Assembly: GCA_038087875.1 (NCBI GenBank)
Contig: JAXLNO010000246.1
Coordinates: 1 to 64,000 of the forward strand
DNA length: 64,000 nucleotides
Source of the DNA: Malacoraja senta
Taxonomy: Eukaryota
Reading direction: 5' to 3'
Shown: piece after piece, positions 24,467 to 38,580 of the stretch
How the letters are laid out: every line of letters starts with the position of its first letter
How positions within the stretch are numbered: position 1 is the stretch's first letter
Notes under the pieces: model-generated
Databases searched by the model: none
What the model was told of the DNA's origin: nothing
The model's input: only the letters and a program-made list of their open reading frames with translations
Position numbers and translations under genes: made by a program

Positions 24467-26116
24467 GTACACATTTTTTATTTGTGTTTTTGCAGAGCGT
24501 GAATTGTCCGATTGCACATATCGAGTTCCACGAAGAACGGAATTATGCAATCCAGGATAAGCAAATGTTATTCATTCTTAAAATATACGGACAATTTAAA
24601 GTTTGATTTAAGCAAAGAATCATATTCAGGATGATATTCTATATCATGAACTATATACTGCCTCTATTATTACTGTTGCTCGATCTAATGACTTCGTTTC
24701 AACTGATTGTATCTACGTATTGTATGTCTGATCTGAGTGCATAGGAGGCAACACAGCTTTTCACTGTGCCTCCGTACTTGTGACAGTAACATTCCTAGCC
24801 TAACCTAACCAAACCCAATGATCAGAGGTAAGAACCAAATATGTACCAAATACCAAATATCAAGTGGGCGATATGCAGAGTACTGCCCTGCCGACTACAA
24901 ATTCAGAAGGTTCAGAAGGTATGATCAGAGCCGGAATGATCGTACTGTGATGGCGATTCAGATTCATAGACGACATTGATATTCAAGAGACCTGATGAAT
25001 GGTTGTTAAGCACAAACAAACTGTTGGACAAATGCGAAGAGAAAGTGAAGACTGGGGCAGGAGGAGTAACACAGTAAAACGCTGCTGCTGTATTGTAGTC
25101 CGCAGTAATTGTCGGGCATCTACACATACAAGAGGAAAACAGGAAATACTCAGATGATCTGAAGACATCGTGGAGAGAGAAGGGGCATCTAATGTTATAA
25201 ATGAATGACCTGATCAAATCCCCGATGCTGTGGAAGTAACTGCACGATATGGTGTCGTTTCACCAAATACAAGAATGCCGCACTCCGCATTAGAGTGCAA
25301 ACTGGCGCATCAGGGCACCTGAACATTGATGCAGAATCAGTTGCTGCCGAACCTTTATTCCTCAACACAAATAACGAAAGATGGTCACCTATTTACCTCT
25401 TGCTACTGTCGAGATGGCAGCTAGATTTCCAAACGTAGTGACTAGAAATGCCAGCATCGACTCAACATATCTCAACAACCGCATCTGATGGCTCGTTCCG
25501 TACATGTATCGCTGTCTGAGTGTAGAGTCTTCCCGTCAGGTTCCTTGTAAATCTTGCTCCTCTTACCATATACCCATGATCTCTGGTTTTTGATTCCCCA
25601 TTCAGTAGAAAAGACTGTGCATTCTCTCGATCTATTCCCCGTATATATCTTTATAAGCAACATTCAGCTTCCTGTGCTCCAATGAATAAAGTCCTCATCC
25701 CTACCAAGAGCTCGGCCCATACAAGGATAGTGTAGCGAAGTCCTGCTCTAACGACTGACGGTGATACTACAAATGGAGAAACGTGTATACACTGGTCCGT
25801 GAGTCATTTAGTCACACAGTAGAGAAACAGACCAAAAACCTATCTACATCTATGCTATCCATTTACTAATTCCCATTTACTAGCACTTGATCAGCAGAAC
25901 ATTATGCCCTGACATTATATCTTTCAAGTAAGGCGGTACCTACAATACGATGCAGAAACTGAAGTTGAGGTTTATCCCACGGATCAAGGAACTGCCAAAG
26001 GAGAAACAATTGATCAGATCATCTACGCTGTGGAGTTTGGAAGAACGACAAGTGAATATATTAACACTGTAAATGTCGGATTCTGCGAGGGCTTGACAGG
26101 ATAGATATTGAAAGCA

Positions 26117-29100
26117 TTACACAATCGCTAGATGGGTGATGACGTTAGGATACAAGTTTCAGAATAGGTGTTTACCATGGAGTGAATTGAGATGAGAAGC
26201 AATTTATGCTCGCAAATATATCTGAACCTCCAGTACCATGTAGTCCAAACATTAGTGATGATAACTCATTCCGTTCATATAGGGCTGGAGCACGTGTGTT
26301 TGTAGACAATGGTGTAATGACGGCTAACGTGACCAGCTGTGGATTAATATGAGTCCTACGTCAGATCCTGTTTAATATGGAAAATAGGAACAGCCTCTCG
26401 CTGTAAATGATGCGTTCAGTAGTGTGTACCTGTATGTGATAGGGGATGGAGTGGCTATTATCTCCAAACGCCGGGACCGAGGTATCTTCTCCGCCTCTAC
26501 CGCTGAATGCTCGATTTTAGCACCAACAATCCTCAGTCAGTGAGGATAGGTGATACCTCATCCAAAGTAACACCGGACCCTACAATAAATCATTTTCAGT
26601 CCGCTACTATATCTCCTTTACATCGACTACTGGCCGAAATGTGTATCAATGGTACAATAGACAATAGACAATAGGTACAGGAGTAATCCATTCGGCCCTT
26701 CGAGCCAGCACCGCCAGTCAATGTGATCATGGCTGATCATCCACTATCAGTGTCCCGTTCCTGCCTTCTTCCCATATCCCCTGATTCCGCTATCTTTCAG
26801 CGCCCTATTAAGTTCTTACTTGAAAGTATCCAGAGAACCGGCATCCGCCGCTCTCTGAGGCAGAGAATTCCACAGACTCGCAATACTCTGAGTGAAAAAA
26901 ATGTTTCCTCATCTCCCATCTCTCATCTCCCATTACCCCTTATTCTTAAACTATGGCCCCTGGTTCAGGCCTCCCCCAACATCGGGAACATGTTTCCTGC
27001 CTCTCGCGTGTCCATACCCTTAATCGTCTTATATATTTCAATAAGATGCCCTCTCACCCTTCTAAATTCCAGAGTTTGCAAGCCCGTGGACTAGGGTACT
27101 GCTCAATTCGCTTCTACCGCATTGCGGATATTTAAAATTGTCTAAGTAACTGATGTAGGAAAATACACACCAATGCTGCGAACTATATTTTGCATCTTCC
27201 ACGTTGCTCTATCTATTTTCATAGAATTATCGAATCCTACAACATGGTAATGGGATTTTCTACCCAGCTTGCACATGTCGACCAATGTGCCCATCTACAC
27301 TAGTCACCCCTTCCCGCATCTCGCCCACATCACTCTAAATCATTCCTATCCATGCAGCAGTCCAGCTGTCTTTGAAAGATGCCCTAATATATGCCGCAAC
27401 TACCTCATATGTCAACTCATTCTCTGTAAATCCGTATACCCACTGCTCGAGTTTTAGCTATTACTGTATATATATGGTATATCTAGTGTGTCTGGATTGC
27501 ACGCAAAACAAAGCTTTTTATTTTAGCTCGGGACGTGCAACAATAAACTTAAATATGAAGCTGATATTTGAACGCCTCTCCTCTTAATTGTTTACAACAT
27601 CGCGATCCCAGCGGGATGTCTCATTACATCATCCACTGTTCCAGATCAGACCTTCTGCAAATTTAAATAATAGTTTTGCAAACATTTGTTGCTTTGTGAT
27701 TTTACAAAACTCAAATTATCCAACTGCACTTGTCCTGTTCTACGGAGAACGGATTGATTCAAAGTGGCTTGAGCAAATGTTGTTCATTCTCACAAATACA
27801 CGGACAATTCAGGGGTTGATGGAAATAACCAACAATATTCAGCATGATATTCTAAGTAATTAAATATATTCGGCATTCTGTATCTTCCTCCTCGCTCCAT
27901 CTGCAGGGCTTTAACTGGTTGTAGTTTAAGAGAGAATTAGATTTAGCTCTAACGGCTGAGGGAATCAAGGGATTTGGGGTAAAGCCGGAACGGGTAACTG
28001 ATTTTGGATGATCAGCCATGATCATCTTGAATGGTAGTGCTGGCTCGAAGTGCCGAATGGCCTACTCCTGCATCTATGTCTATGTTTCTATGCATCTGTA
28101 TATGGCATATCTGAACTGAATGGATAGCGTGCAATGCCACGCTTTTCACTGTACCTCGAAATATCTGACAATAATAACCAAGCCTAACCTCAGCTAAACT
28201 AATGATCTGACATAAGTACCAACTATGATCAGAGAGGGATACTCGTACCATGATGGCTACTAAGATTGTCCATGTAACACCAACAGTATTGATATATAAG
28301 AGAAGGTGTTGAATGGGGGTGAACAAATGCGAAGACAAGGTGTGAAGTGGGGACAGGAGGAAGTTCCCAGTAAAACGCCTGATACCTTATCGTGGACCGT
28401 ATTAATTACCGCGCATCTGCAATACAGGAGGAAAACATAGTATAGTCAGAAGACTCAGATAACATCCGTCCAGGCAGAAAACATATGTGATGTCAGAAGT
28501 GAATGATCTTAACACAAGTTCAAACCATATACCCAGCATTCTCTATTTGTGTCAAGTCTTCCCTTCAGGTTCCTTCTAAATCTTGCTGCTCTCACATGAA
28601 ACCTATGAGATCTGCCTTTTGATTCTTAATCCTGGGGAAAATGCTCTGCATTCAGCCGATCTATTCCTCTCATGATTATTTACACCTTCATATCATCACC
28701 CCTCAGTCTCCTTCGCTCCAGGGAATAAATTCCTCACCTCTCCCTGCAGCTCGGTCACACAAGGAAAGAGTAGTGCAGTCGTGCTGCGAAATGCTATCCA
28801 ATAACTGGATCGCATTTTCTAGCACTTGGTAATAGAGTATGATGCCTTAGCCATCTCTCTTTTAAAGAAGGTGATGCTTCCCTTTGAAGCGGTGTAGAGT
28901 CAGAAGTGGAGATTTATCCCTCGCATCAAGTGGCTGTGAAACGACCAATAATTGACCAGATCCTCTACTCTGTGCAGTTGGTGAGAACAACAAGTCAGTA
29001 ATTGACGCCGATATGTGGGAGTTTACGAGGCCCTGAAAGGAAGGAACTTCAGAGCATTAAACAACGGGTATATGAATGGTTACGTTAGGATCAGATGATC

Positions 29101-29478
29101 AGAATATGAATTCATTTTGGAGTGACTGAGATGTGATGTAATTTACTCTCTTGGATATATCTGGATCTCGAGTACCCTCTACCCCAGAACAACAGTGGTG
29201 CCCATTTATTAAATACAAACAGGGTTGGAGCGAAGATTCTTGTGGCCAATAGGGAACTGAAGACCAATGTGAGCAGGTATGGAAAAGAACTTGAGACCAG
29301 GATAAGATTGATAATTATGATATTAAATGTCAGAACAGGCTTGAGCTTGGCATTGTGTGTGTGGACGTGTGTAGCTGTGTCCACAGTCGGGGTGGGGGGG
29401 GAGAGGGCTGGTTGTTATCTCCGAACTCCAGGACCTAGGAATGTGCTCTGCCCTCTGCTACTGCTTCCTCGTCTCTAT
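26117..29478 (+). repeat. Left arm of a large inverted duplication (partner 59632-64000)
   Basis: ORF 29112-29384(-) matches 59625-60005(+); 26723(+) matches 63193(-); 27588(+) matches 62342(-). Confidence 0.92.
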
Positions 29479-29511
29479 AGCGTTTTATGAGTGATGTTTA
29501 TGTATGTAGGT

Positions 29512-29897
29512 TAAGGGGGGACTTGATAGAGGTCTTTAAAATTATGAGAGGGATAGACAGAGTGGACGTGGATAAACTTTTCCCATTGAGAGTAGCGAAG
29601 ATTCAAACAAGAGGACATGACTTGAGAATTAAGGGATAGAAGTTTATGGGTAACATGAGGGGGAACGTCTTCACAGAGAGTGGTAGCTGTGTGGAATGAG
29701 CTTCCAGTGGAAGTGGTGGAGGCAGGTTCGATTTTATCATTTAAAAATAAATTGGATGGGTATATGGACGGGAAAGGAATGCAGGATTATGGTCAGAGTG
29801 CAGGTAGATGGGACTAGGGGAAAATAAGTGTTTGGCACGGACTTGAAGGGCCGAGATGGCCTGTTTCCGTGCTGTAATTGTTATATGGTTATATGGT
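29512..29897 (+). mobile_element. CR1 3' fragment, (ggttatat)n family
   Basis: Reverse complement of ~11842-12270. Confidence 0.88.
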
Positions 29898-30029
29898 TGC
29901 TATATGGTTATGTGTAAGAGTGCATTGCCATGCGTAAGGGTGTGTAATTGTGTGAATTGTGTGAGTGTGTGAGATTGTGAGTGCCTGTGAGGGTGCGTTT
30001 GTGTGGAATATACAATGTCGCAATTTGGG

Positions 30030-33000
30030 GAAAGCACCAATGGAGTGACACGCTGTTGGAATTATGGATGGAGTGACACACTGTGGGGGAGACTGAGAGC
30101 GTGACACACAGTGGGGCAATGCTGATGGAGTGACACAAAGTGGGATAGTTCAGATGGAATGCGACATTGTGTAGCACTGATGGGGTGATAGTTAAGCTGG
30201 ATTGGCACTCTGGGGATAGTTAAGCTGGATTGACACTGTGGGGATAGTTAAGCTGGATTGACACTGTGGGGATAGTTAAGCTGGATTGACACTGTGGTGA
30301 TAGTTAAGCTTGATTGACAGTGTGGGGATAGTTAAGCTGGATTGACACTGTGGGGATAGTTAAGCTGGATTGACACTGTGGGGATAGTTAAGCTGGATTG
30401 ACACTGTGGGGATAGTTAAGCTGGATTGACACTGTGGGGATAGTTAAGCTGGATTGACACACTGTGGTGTAGTACTGGTGTAGTGGCACCCAACGGGGTG
30501 ACATTGATGGGATACACATTGTGGAATAGTACTGATGGATTGGCCCACTGTTGTATGTTACTGATGGACTGGCACACTGTGGTGCTATACTAATGGAGTG
30601 ACGCACTGTGTGATAGTACTGATGGAATGACGCACTGTGGTGTATTACTGATGGACTGACGTACTGCGGGTTAGTACTGATGAATGACACACTGTGGGTG
30701 TTTCTGAAGAAGTGAAATACTGTGGGGTAGTACTGGTGGAGTGAATCACTGTGGGGTAGTACTGATGGAGAGACACACTGTGGGGTAGTACTGATGGAGA
30801 GACACACTGTGGGGTCGTACTGTTGTAGTGAAACTTTGGGAGTGCTGTTAGAGTGACACACTATGGGGTAGTACTGATGGAGTGAATCACTGTGGGGTAG
30901 TACTGATGGAGACACACTGTGGGATAGTACTGATGGAGAGACACACTGTGGGGTAGTACTGATGGAGTGAATCACTATGGGATGGTACTGATGGAGACAC
31001 ACTGTGGGATAGTACTGATGGAGAGACACGCTGTGGGATAGTACTGATGGAGAGACACACTGTGGGATAGTACTGATGGCGTGAATCACTATGGGGCAGT
31101 ACTGATGGAGAGACACACTATTGGATAGTACTGATGGAGAGACACACTGTGGGGTCGTACTGTTGTAGTGAAACTTTGGGAGTGCTGTTAGAGTGATACA
31201 CTATGGGGTAGTACTGATACAGTGACAAACTTGGCAGAACGGACGGAATGGCACACTTTATAGTACGGATGGAACGACACACTCTGGGATAGTACTGATG
31301 TAGTGAAACACTGTGGGGTAGTACTGATAGAGTGACACACTGTGGGATAGTACTGCTGGAACAAAACACTGTGTGGTAGTACTAATGTTATGGACACACT
31401 GTGGGGTAGTACTGATGGAGAGACACACTGTCGGGTAGTACTGATGGAGAGACACACTGTGGGATAGTACTGCTGGAACAAAACACTGTGTGGTAGTACT
31501 AATGTTATGGACACACTGTGGGGTAGTACTGATGGAGAGACACACTGTGGGGTAGTACTGATGGAGAGACACACTGTGGGGTAGTACTAATGTTATGGAC
31601 ACACTGTGGTGTAGTACTGATGGAGAGACACACTGTGGGGTAGTACTGATGGAGTGACACACTGTGGGATAGTACTGCTGGAACAAAACACTGTGTGGTA
31701 GTACTAATGTTATGGACACACTGTGGGGTAGTACTGATGGAGAGACACACTGTGGGGTAGTACTGCTGGAACAAAACACTGTGTGGTAGTACTAATGTTA
31801 TGGACACACTGTGGGGTAGTACTGATGAAGAGACACACTGTGGGGTAGTACTAATGTTATGGACACACTGTGGGGTAGTACTGATGGAGAGACACACTGT
31901 GGGGTAGTACTAATGTTATGGACACACTGTGGGGTAGTACTGATGGAGAGACACACTGTGGGGTAGTACTGCTGGAACAAAACACTGTGTGGTAGTACTA
32001 ATGTTATGGACACACTGTGGGGTAGTACTGATGGAGAGACACACTGTGGGGTAGTACTGATGGAGAGACACACTGTGGGGTAGTACTAATGTTATGGACA
32101 CACTGTGGTGTAGTACTGATGGAGAGACACACTGTGGGGTAGTACTGATGGAGTGACACACTGTGGGATAGTACTGCTGGAACAAAACACTGTGTGGTAG
32201 TACTAATGTTATGGACACACTGTGGGGTAGTACTGATGGAGAGACACACTGTGGGGTAGTACTGCTGGAACAAAACACTGTGTGGTAGTACTAATGTTAT
32301 GGACACACTGTGGGGTAGTACTGATGAAGAGACACACTGTGGGGTAGTACTAATGTTATGGACACACTGTGGGGTAGTACTGATGGAGAGACACACTGTG
32401 GGGTAGTACTAATGTTATGGACACACTGTGGGGTAGTACTGATGGAGAGACACACTGTGGGGTAGTACTGCTGGAACAAAACACTATGTGGTAGTACTAA
32501 TGTTATGGACACACTGTGGGGTAGTACTGATGGAGAGACACACTGTGTGATAGTACTGATGGAACGAAACACTGTGGGTAGTACTAATGTAATGGACACA
32601 GTGTGGGGTAGAATTGATGGAGTGGACACACTATGGGGTATTACTAATGTTATGGACACACTGTAGGGTAGTACTGATGGAGAAACACTGTGGGATAGCA
32701 TTAATATTATGGCTATACATTGGGGTAGTACTGATGGAGAGACACACTGTGGGGTAGTACTGATGGAGAGACACACTGTGGGGTAGTACTGATGGAGAGA
32801 CACACTGTGGGGTAGTACTGATGGAGAGACACACTGTGGGGTAGTACTGATGGAGAGACACACTGTGGGGTAGTACTGATGGAGAGACACGCTGTGGGGT
32901 AGTAAGGTTGGAGTGACAATATATAGGGTAGTACGATTGGCGTGATAGACTGCGGGATAGTACTGATGGAGTGACACACGATGGGGCAGTACTGATGGCG

Positions 33001-33230
33001 TTAAACACGGTGTGGACGTAGTGATGGCGTGACTCACTGTGCAGTAGTACTGATGAAATGACACTGTGAAATACTACTGATGAAGTGTCACGCTGTGGGG
33101 TAGTTCTGATGTATTGACACACTGTGGGGTAGTACTGACGGAGTGACAGTGTGGAGTAGTACTGATGTAATAACACACCGTGTTGTAGTACTGATAGGGA
33201 GATACTCTATGGGGCAGTAGTCATGTAATG
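30030..33230. repeat. 28-30 bp satellite array (consensus gggtagtactgatggagagacacactgtg)
   Basis: 29-bp period visible at 32731/32760; 28-bp subarray 30180-30440; 499-bp higher-order repeat. Confidence 0.97.
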
Positions 33231-33334
33231 ATAATTTTCGTACATTTGTTTAAACATTTTCCACTCTTCCACCCGCTTCTCTTTGAGCTTTAGATTGGGT
33301 GGTGGAGCCACGTGGAAAGATGGACTGGCCTTCC

Positions 33335-34132
33335 ATCCGGAAGTGGCGGCGCTGCCAAGCAGCTGCGGCTCGCCTGCAGTCGCCTCTCTTTGCCTTGTTT
33401 TCTTTTCTTTTGTCTTATTAGACTATATTTTAGTTTATTTTTAGTTGTGTATATGTGGGGAGTGGGGGAAAGATTTTTTTAATCTCTTCCTTCAACGGGG
33501 ATGCGACCTTTTCTTTGTCATATCTCCGTCTGCGCCTGCGCTGAGGCCTAATATCGGGGAGCTGGCGGCCTCAAACTGGAATCGACTTTGGGGAGTCCGG
33601 TGGCAGAGCCTGTGGACTTCCCATCGCGGAGCTGGCTGACTTCGGAGGCTGTGGTGGAGCTGTGGCTGCGACCCGACTTCGGGGCTTCGCGGGCTTCGGC
33701 CGCGGGCCCTGTGGACGGTAACATCGGGAGCTCGCAGGTCCCTGCTTGGTGACTGGTTTTCGGGAGCTCCCGCAACAGCTGGACTGGAGGGTGGCGGCTT
33801 CGTCCGACCCGGGTCGCGGAGTTTGAGTCGGCCCGTTCGGGGAGCTTGGAATCGGCCGCGGGATTTACCCATCACCCGGCGGGGGCTTCAACATCGAGAA
33901 CGTCGATCGCCTCGACGCAGCGGGAGAACGATCAAGGAAGAGATAAGACTTTTTGCCTTCCTTCACTGTGAGGAGGTGCCTGGAGATTCACGATGATGGA
34001 TGCTTGTGTTAAATTGTGTTAATTGTGTGTTTTGTTGCTTTTTTTCTGTCATGACTGCAAGGTACGCAATTTCGTTCAAACTATTGTTTGAATGACAATA
34101 AAGGAAATTCAATTCAATTCAATTCAATTCAA
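33335..34132 (+). mobile_element. GC-rich retroposon with (ttcaa)n tail, unclassified
   Basis: CpG-rich body, gacaataaa, then (aattc)n; related copies elsewhere in the window. Confidence 0.65.
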
Positions 34133-34717
34133 TATCTGTGTATCCCGTCGCTCTTAATGGCTTACGTATCGTTTAGCTTTAAGAGCAACGCGCGACTGCG
34201 CAATTTGCGTAATATTCTCTAATATCTTCTACTACTATCGAAAATATATTGAAACAGAACTATTTTATCTGTTTCCATGCAGCGTGTGCTATGTTTAAGC
34301 AGTCTCCCACAGCACTGATTTACACACTGCGTCTTATCTTTGTGTGCTCACTGGCCTGCATATCATTCCACTCATGCATGCAGCTAGTCGGTCGCTGAGC
34401 ATTGAAACACTGATCCCTGAAAGCTTTTCAAAGCATTTTTGCTAATCATCATAGCATCCATTTTATCCACATATCTTTATTTTCACCGCTACCACCATGT
34501 TTTGATATGTGTCTGCTTACGATGAAGGTAAAACTAGCACATATTAGACGGAGAAAGATGGCTCCACACACACTCGTGAAGGAATCAAAAGCAAGAATGA
34601 TTTATTTCCAAGTTAAAGGTCACTGACTGATGTACATAATTATATGCGCAAGTCTGAGCATGTGCGAGAATGAGTACAGCTCATATGCATAAATTACATG
34701 GATATTGTCACAAAAGA

Positions 34718-35325
34718 TAATGTTGGCCTTAATAACAACAGGAGTTGAGTATAGGAGCAAAGAGGTCCTTCTACAGTTGGACAGGGCCCTGGGGAGACCA
34801 CACCTGGAGTATTGTGTGCAGTTTTGGTCTCCTAATATGAGGAAGGACATTCTTCCTATGGTTTACACGCTTAATTCCCGGGATGGCGGGATTGTCGTAT
34901 GTCGAAAGATTGGAGCGACTGGGCTTGTATACACTGGAATTTAGAAGGACGAGAGGGGATCCTATTGACACGTATACGATTATTAAGGGATTGGACACGC
35001 TAGAGGCAGGAAACATGTTCCCGATGTTGGAAGAGTCTAGAACCAGGGGCCACAGTTTAAGAATAAGGGGTAAGCCATTTAGAACGGAGATGACGAAACA
35101 CTTTCTCACCCAGAGAGTTGTGAATCTGTGGAATTCTCTGCCTCGGAAGGCAGTGGGGGCCTATTCTCTGGGTGTTTTCAAGAAAGAGTTAGATAGATCT
35201 CTTAATGATAGCAGATTCAAGGGATATAGGGAGAAGGCAGCAACGGGGCACTGATTGTGGATGATCAGCCATGATCACAGTGAATGGCGGTGCTGGCTCG
35301 AAGAGCCGAATGGCCTACTTCCGCA
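34718..35325 (+). mobile_element. CR1 3' fragment
   Basis: RPHLEYCVQFWSP, LGLYTLEFRR. Confidence 0.9.
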
Positions 35326-35334
35326 TCTTGACCA

Positions 35335-35655
35335 CGTAAATTTCAACGAGGGCTCCCGCAATTCCCACTCTAGTTTTCTACAATGTCCTCGGATATGTCC
35401 CAAGCCCTGGAGATTTGTCTACCTTGATACACGATAGTACCTTCAATACTTCTTCGACGGTAACACTGACTGCTCTCAAGACACTTACATTGACTGCCCC
35501 CAAGATCCTCCGTCCGACTGTTTTTATCCTCGATAAATACAGAGGAGAGATACTTATTGAGGATCTTGTCCATCTCCTGTGGCTCCACACAGAGGTGACC
35601 GCTTTGATCCATGAGAGGCCCCACTCTCTCTGTAGTTACCCCTTTCCCCTTGGAC
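35335..35655 (-). mobile_element. CR1 ORF2 internal fragment
   Basis: VGPLMDQSGHLCVEPQEM and IKVDKSPG remnants. Confidence 0.75.
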
Positions 35656-37114
35656 ACAGACTGTTCTGCTTTGACGTTATATCTTTCAAGGAGCACGATA
35701 CGCGTCTTCAGCTCGGTGCAGAGACTGAAGTCGAGATTTATCCCTCGGAAACAATGGCCGCCAAAGCACCAACAGCTTATCAGATCGTCTACTCTGTGCA
35801 GTTTGGAACAACGGCAAGTAATTTTATTGACACAATAAATGTAGGCTTCTGAGAGGCCTTGACAGGATGGATATTCACCGAAATACACAAAGAGTTGCTG
35901 GAAAATTTAGTCAGGATACATGTTTCAGAATACGAATTGGGTGCCTGAGATTAGATGGAATTTATCCTGTCAAACATATCTGAATACACTGTACCTCCTA
36001 CCCAGAAAATAGTGATGCTCATTTATCAAGTACAAATATGGCTGGGCGAACATGTGTTTTGGACAATAGGGAAATGACGAATAATGTAATGAGGTATGAA
36101 ATGATTGAGACCGAGGTCAGTTCTGAAACTGCGCAGCACGGGACAAATACGAATAACCTGTTACCCTCCGTTACCAGGCCCTAACCGGCCAATGTGCCCC
36201 ATAAACACTAGTCACACCGGCTATGGCCCTGATTATTTTCAACCTTTCCTATTCACCTACCTGTCCAAATGTCTTTACATTTTGTGATAGTTTTCACCCC
36301 AACTATCTCCTTTGGCAGCTCGTTCTATATACCCACTAACCACGCAGTTACCACCCTCTGTGTTTATACAAAGACTCACCACTCTGTGTCCTCGTGTTTG
36401 AACTGATTGAATCTGTATATGTTATATCTGATCACTTTGGACAGCAGGCACAACCAAGTTTTAGAATGTACCTTGATACATGTGAGAATAATAAACGTGG
36501 CTAAAACCTAATGCCCTTCCCATCTTAATTGTTCACAACACCACGAACCCAGCGGGATGGCTCACAACAGTACTGCATTATACATCGTTCCAGCTGTGGA
36601 CCTTGGCACAGTCAAATGATACGTTTTGCACATAGTAATGACTTTGCGTTTTTACAGCTCGAATTCACCAACTGCCAGTTCCACGAAGGGCGGAATTATG
36701 CAATGTGGGCTGAGCAAATGATGTTCATCCTTACAAACACACGGACAATTCTGGGATTCGTAGAAATACAAGGCAATATTGAGCATAACATCACGAACAA
36801 TATTTTGTATTCTGTACATTCCCCTTGAGCTATTTGATGTATCTGAGTTTGAAATGTTTGCTCCTCTGCACATCTATCCGATCTGAGTGGATGGGATGCA
36901 AAACAAAGCTTATCACTATTCCTCGGTACATATCACACTAGTAAACATTTGCCTAGCCTTACCAATGCTAATCATCTGAGAAAAGCGACATTCATGATCA
37001 GAGCGGGAAAGTTCGTAGTATGATGGCTTCTAAGATTGTCCATGTGAAACAGACGTTATCGATATCTAAGATGGTTTTGATTACCTGGGTAAAAGTGCAT
37101 TTACCTTATCTATG

Positions 37115-37360
37115 GTACACAAAATGCTGGAGAAACTCAGCGGGTGCAGCAGCATCTATGGAGCGAAGGAAATAGGCAACGTTTCATGCCGAACCCCTAC
37201 TTCAGACTGATGTAGGGTGGAGGCGGGGAGAAGAAAGGAGAAAGGAAGAGGAGGAGCCCAAGTGCTGAGGAAGAGCTGAGAGGGGGAGGAGACAGCAAGG
37301 GCTACCGGAAATTGCATGTCAATGTTTATGCCGCTAGGGTGCAAACTGCCCAAGCCGAAT
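37115..37360 (-). mobile_element. Penelope-like element 3' end
   Basis: IFGLGSLHPSGINID (endonuclease C-terminus) followed by a ctgaag..gaaacgtt tail. Confidence 0.7.
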
Positions 37361-37859
37361 ATTTTCCTCATGATTTTATACATCATCATAAGACCATCCC
37401 TCATCCTCCGGCACTCGAAGGAATAATGTCCGCACTTCTCATTATAACTCGACCCATTCAAGGGAAAAGTAGCGAACCCCTGCCATAACTAGTGACGGTG
37501 ATACCACATGTGGAGAATTGTGCAAGACTGGGTCGTGTGTGACAGGGTCACAGAGCAGAGAAGCAAGCCCAACAACGGATTATGTCGATGGTATCCAATC
37601 ACTAAATCCCATTTACCACCTCTTAGTCAGCGGAGTATGATGCCTTCGAACTATCTAATTTAGGGAATACGCCATTTACAGTACCATCGACTAGGTGCCG
37701 AGATAGAAGTCGAGATTTATCCCTCGGATGAACTGGTTGTCAAACGACCAAAAATCGATTAGTGTAGCTGTGACATGTTGACCGGTGTGGGCACGTTTAC
37801 ACGCTTGTCACTTTTATTACTCTAATTGATAAGATTCTTTAATCTGCGGTTTACAGAGA

Positions 37860-38580
37860 GTTGAAGAGACATTTATTGTCACAAGCACCAATTGGTACAG
37901 TGAGATTTGAATTGCCATACAGCCATAAGAATAAAGAAAAACCACAATATACGATAGAATTTAACATGAACATCCCCAACCAGCAGAATCAACGTTTCCC
38001 ACAGTGAGGGAAGGAAATAAAGTTCAGTCCCCTTCCTCTTTGTTCACCGGTAGTCGGCCCCGCAGTCGCCGGTACGGCGGCCTGATGTTTCGGGCCATCT
38101 CGCCGGGATGATCGGAGCACCGGCGTCGGAACGGAAGAACACTTTCAGCGGCTTGGAGTTTCCAAATCGGCCACTTCCTACCGGAGACAGCGGCACCTGA
38201 CGTCCACAGGCCGAGATGGGCGGAGATCCAACGCTGGCGATCCCCGGCAAGGAGCCCAGACTCAGCGAGCCCAGACTCAGCGCCGCCCGCCGCTAGAAAC
38301 CACAGCCCCACGGTGTTAATCAGGAGGCCCAATTCTCCGGGGGCTCCACACGGCGATCCCCAGTAAGGTATCGCCCCGCTCCGCGATGGTAATTCAGTGT
38401 TGTGCCGCCGATGAAGCTCTGGCCGGTCTACGGCAGGAAAGGCCGCGCCAATCCAGATGATATGCCGCGAGGGGAGGGGGTGAGATGCGGCTCGGAGAAT
38501 TGACGCATACCGACCAAGAAGTGACAGGGAAACGGTTTCCCCCTTCCCCCTCCCCACCTCCCCCAGATAAAAGATTAAGG
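37860..38580 (-). mobile_element. GC-rich retroposon, unclassified
   Basis: Similar to 48018-48687 (WIGAAFPA-encoding segment) and 56822-57560. Confidence 0.65.

Larger units (their letters stand above)
10306..27753 (+). repeat. Tandem segmental duplication: unit 1 10306-21705, unit 2 21706-27753 (~5.6 kb shared core)
   Basis: 10306 attcatgaggcagtctaattgtc vs 21706 attcatgagacaatctaattgtc; ORF pairs 10463/22525, 11529/23302, 15200/24983, 20670/26723, 21541/27588 are near-identical. Confidence 0.93.

Noticed and set aside
29112..29384. Same hydrophobic ORF also seen at 59625-60005
   Set aside because: Antisense reading of an old CR1 3' end duplicated by the inverted repeat; similarity reflects recent duplication
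30388..33176. Many long - strand ORFs (VSLHQYYPTV / SISTTPQCV repeats), also at 43.2-46.7 kb
   Set aside because: Translations of a stop-poor satellite strand, open in all three frames
30030..33230. CACTGTG (RAG RSS heptamer) in almost every satellite monomer
   Set aside because: No GGTTTTTGT nonamer at 12 or 23 bp spacing and no V, D or J coding segments; at most cryptic heptamers
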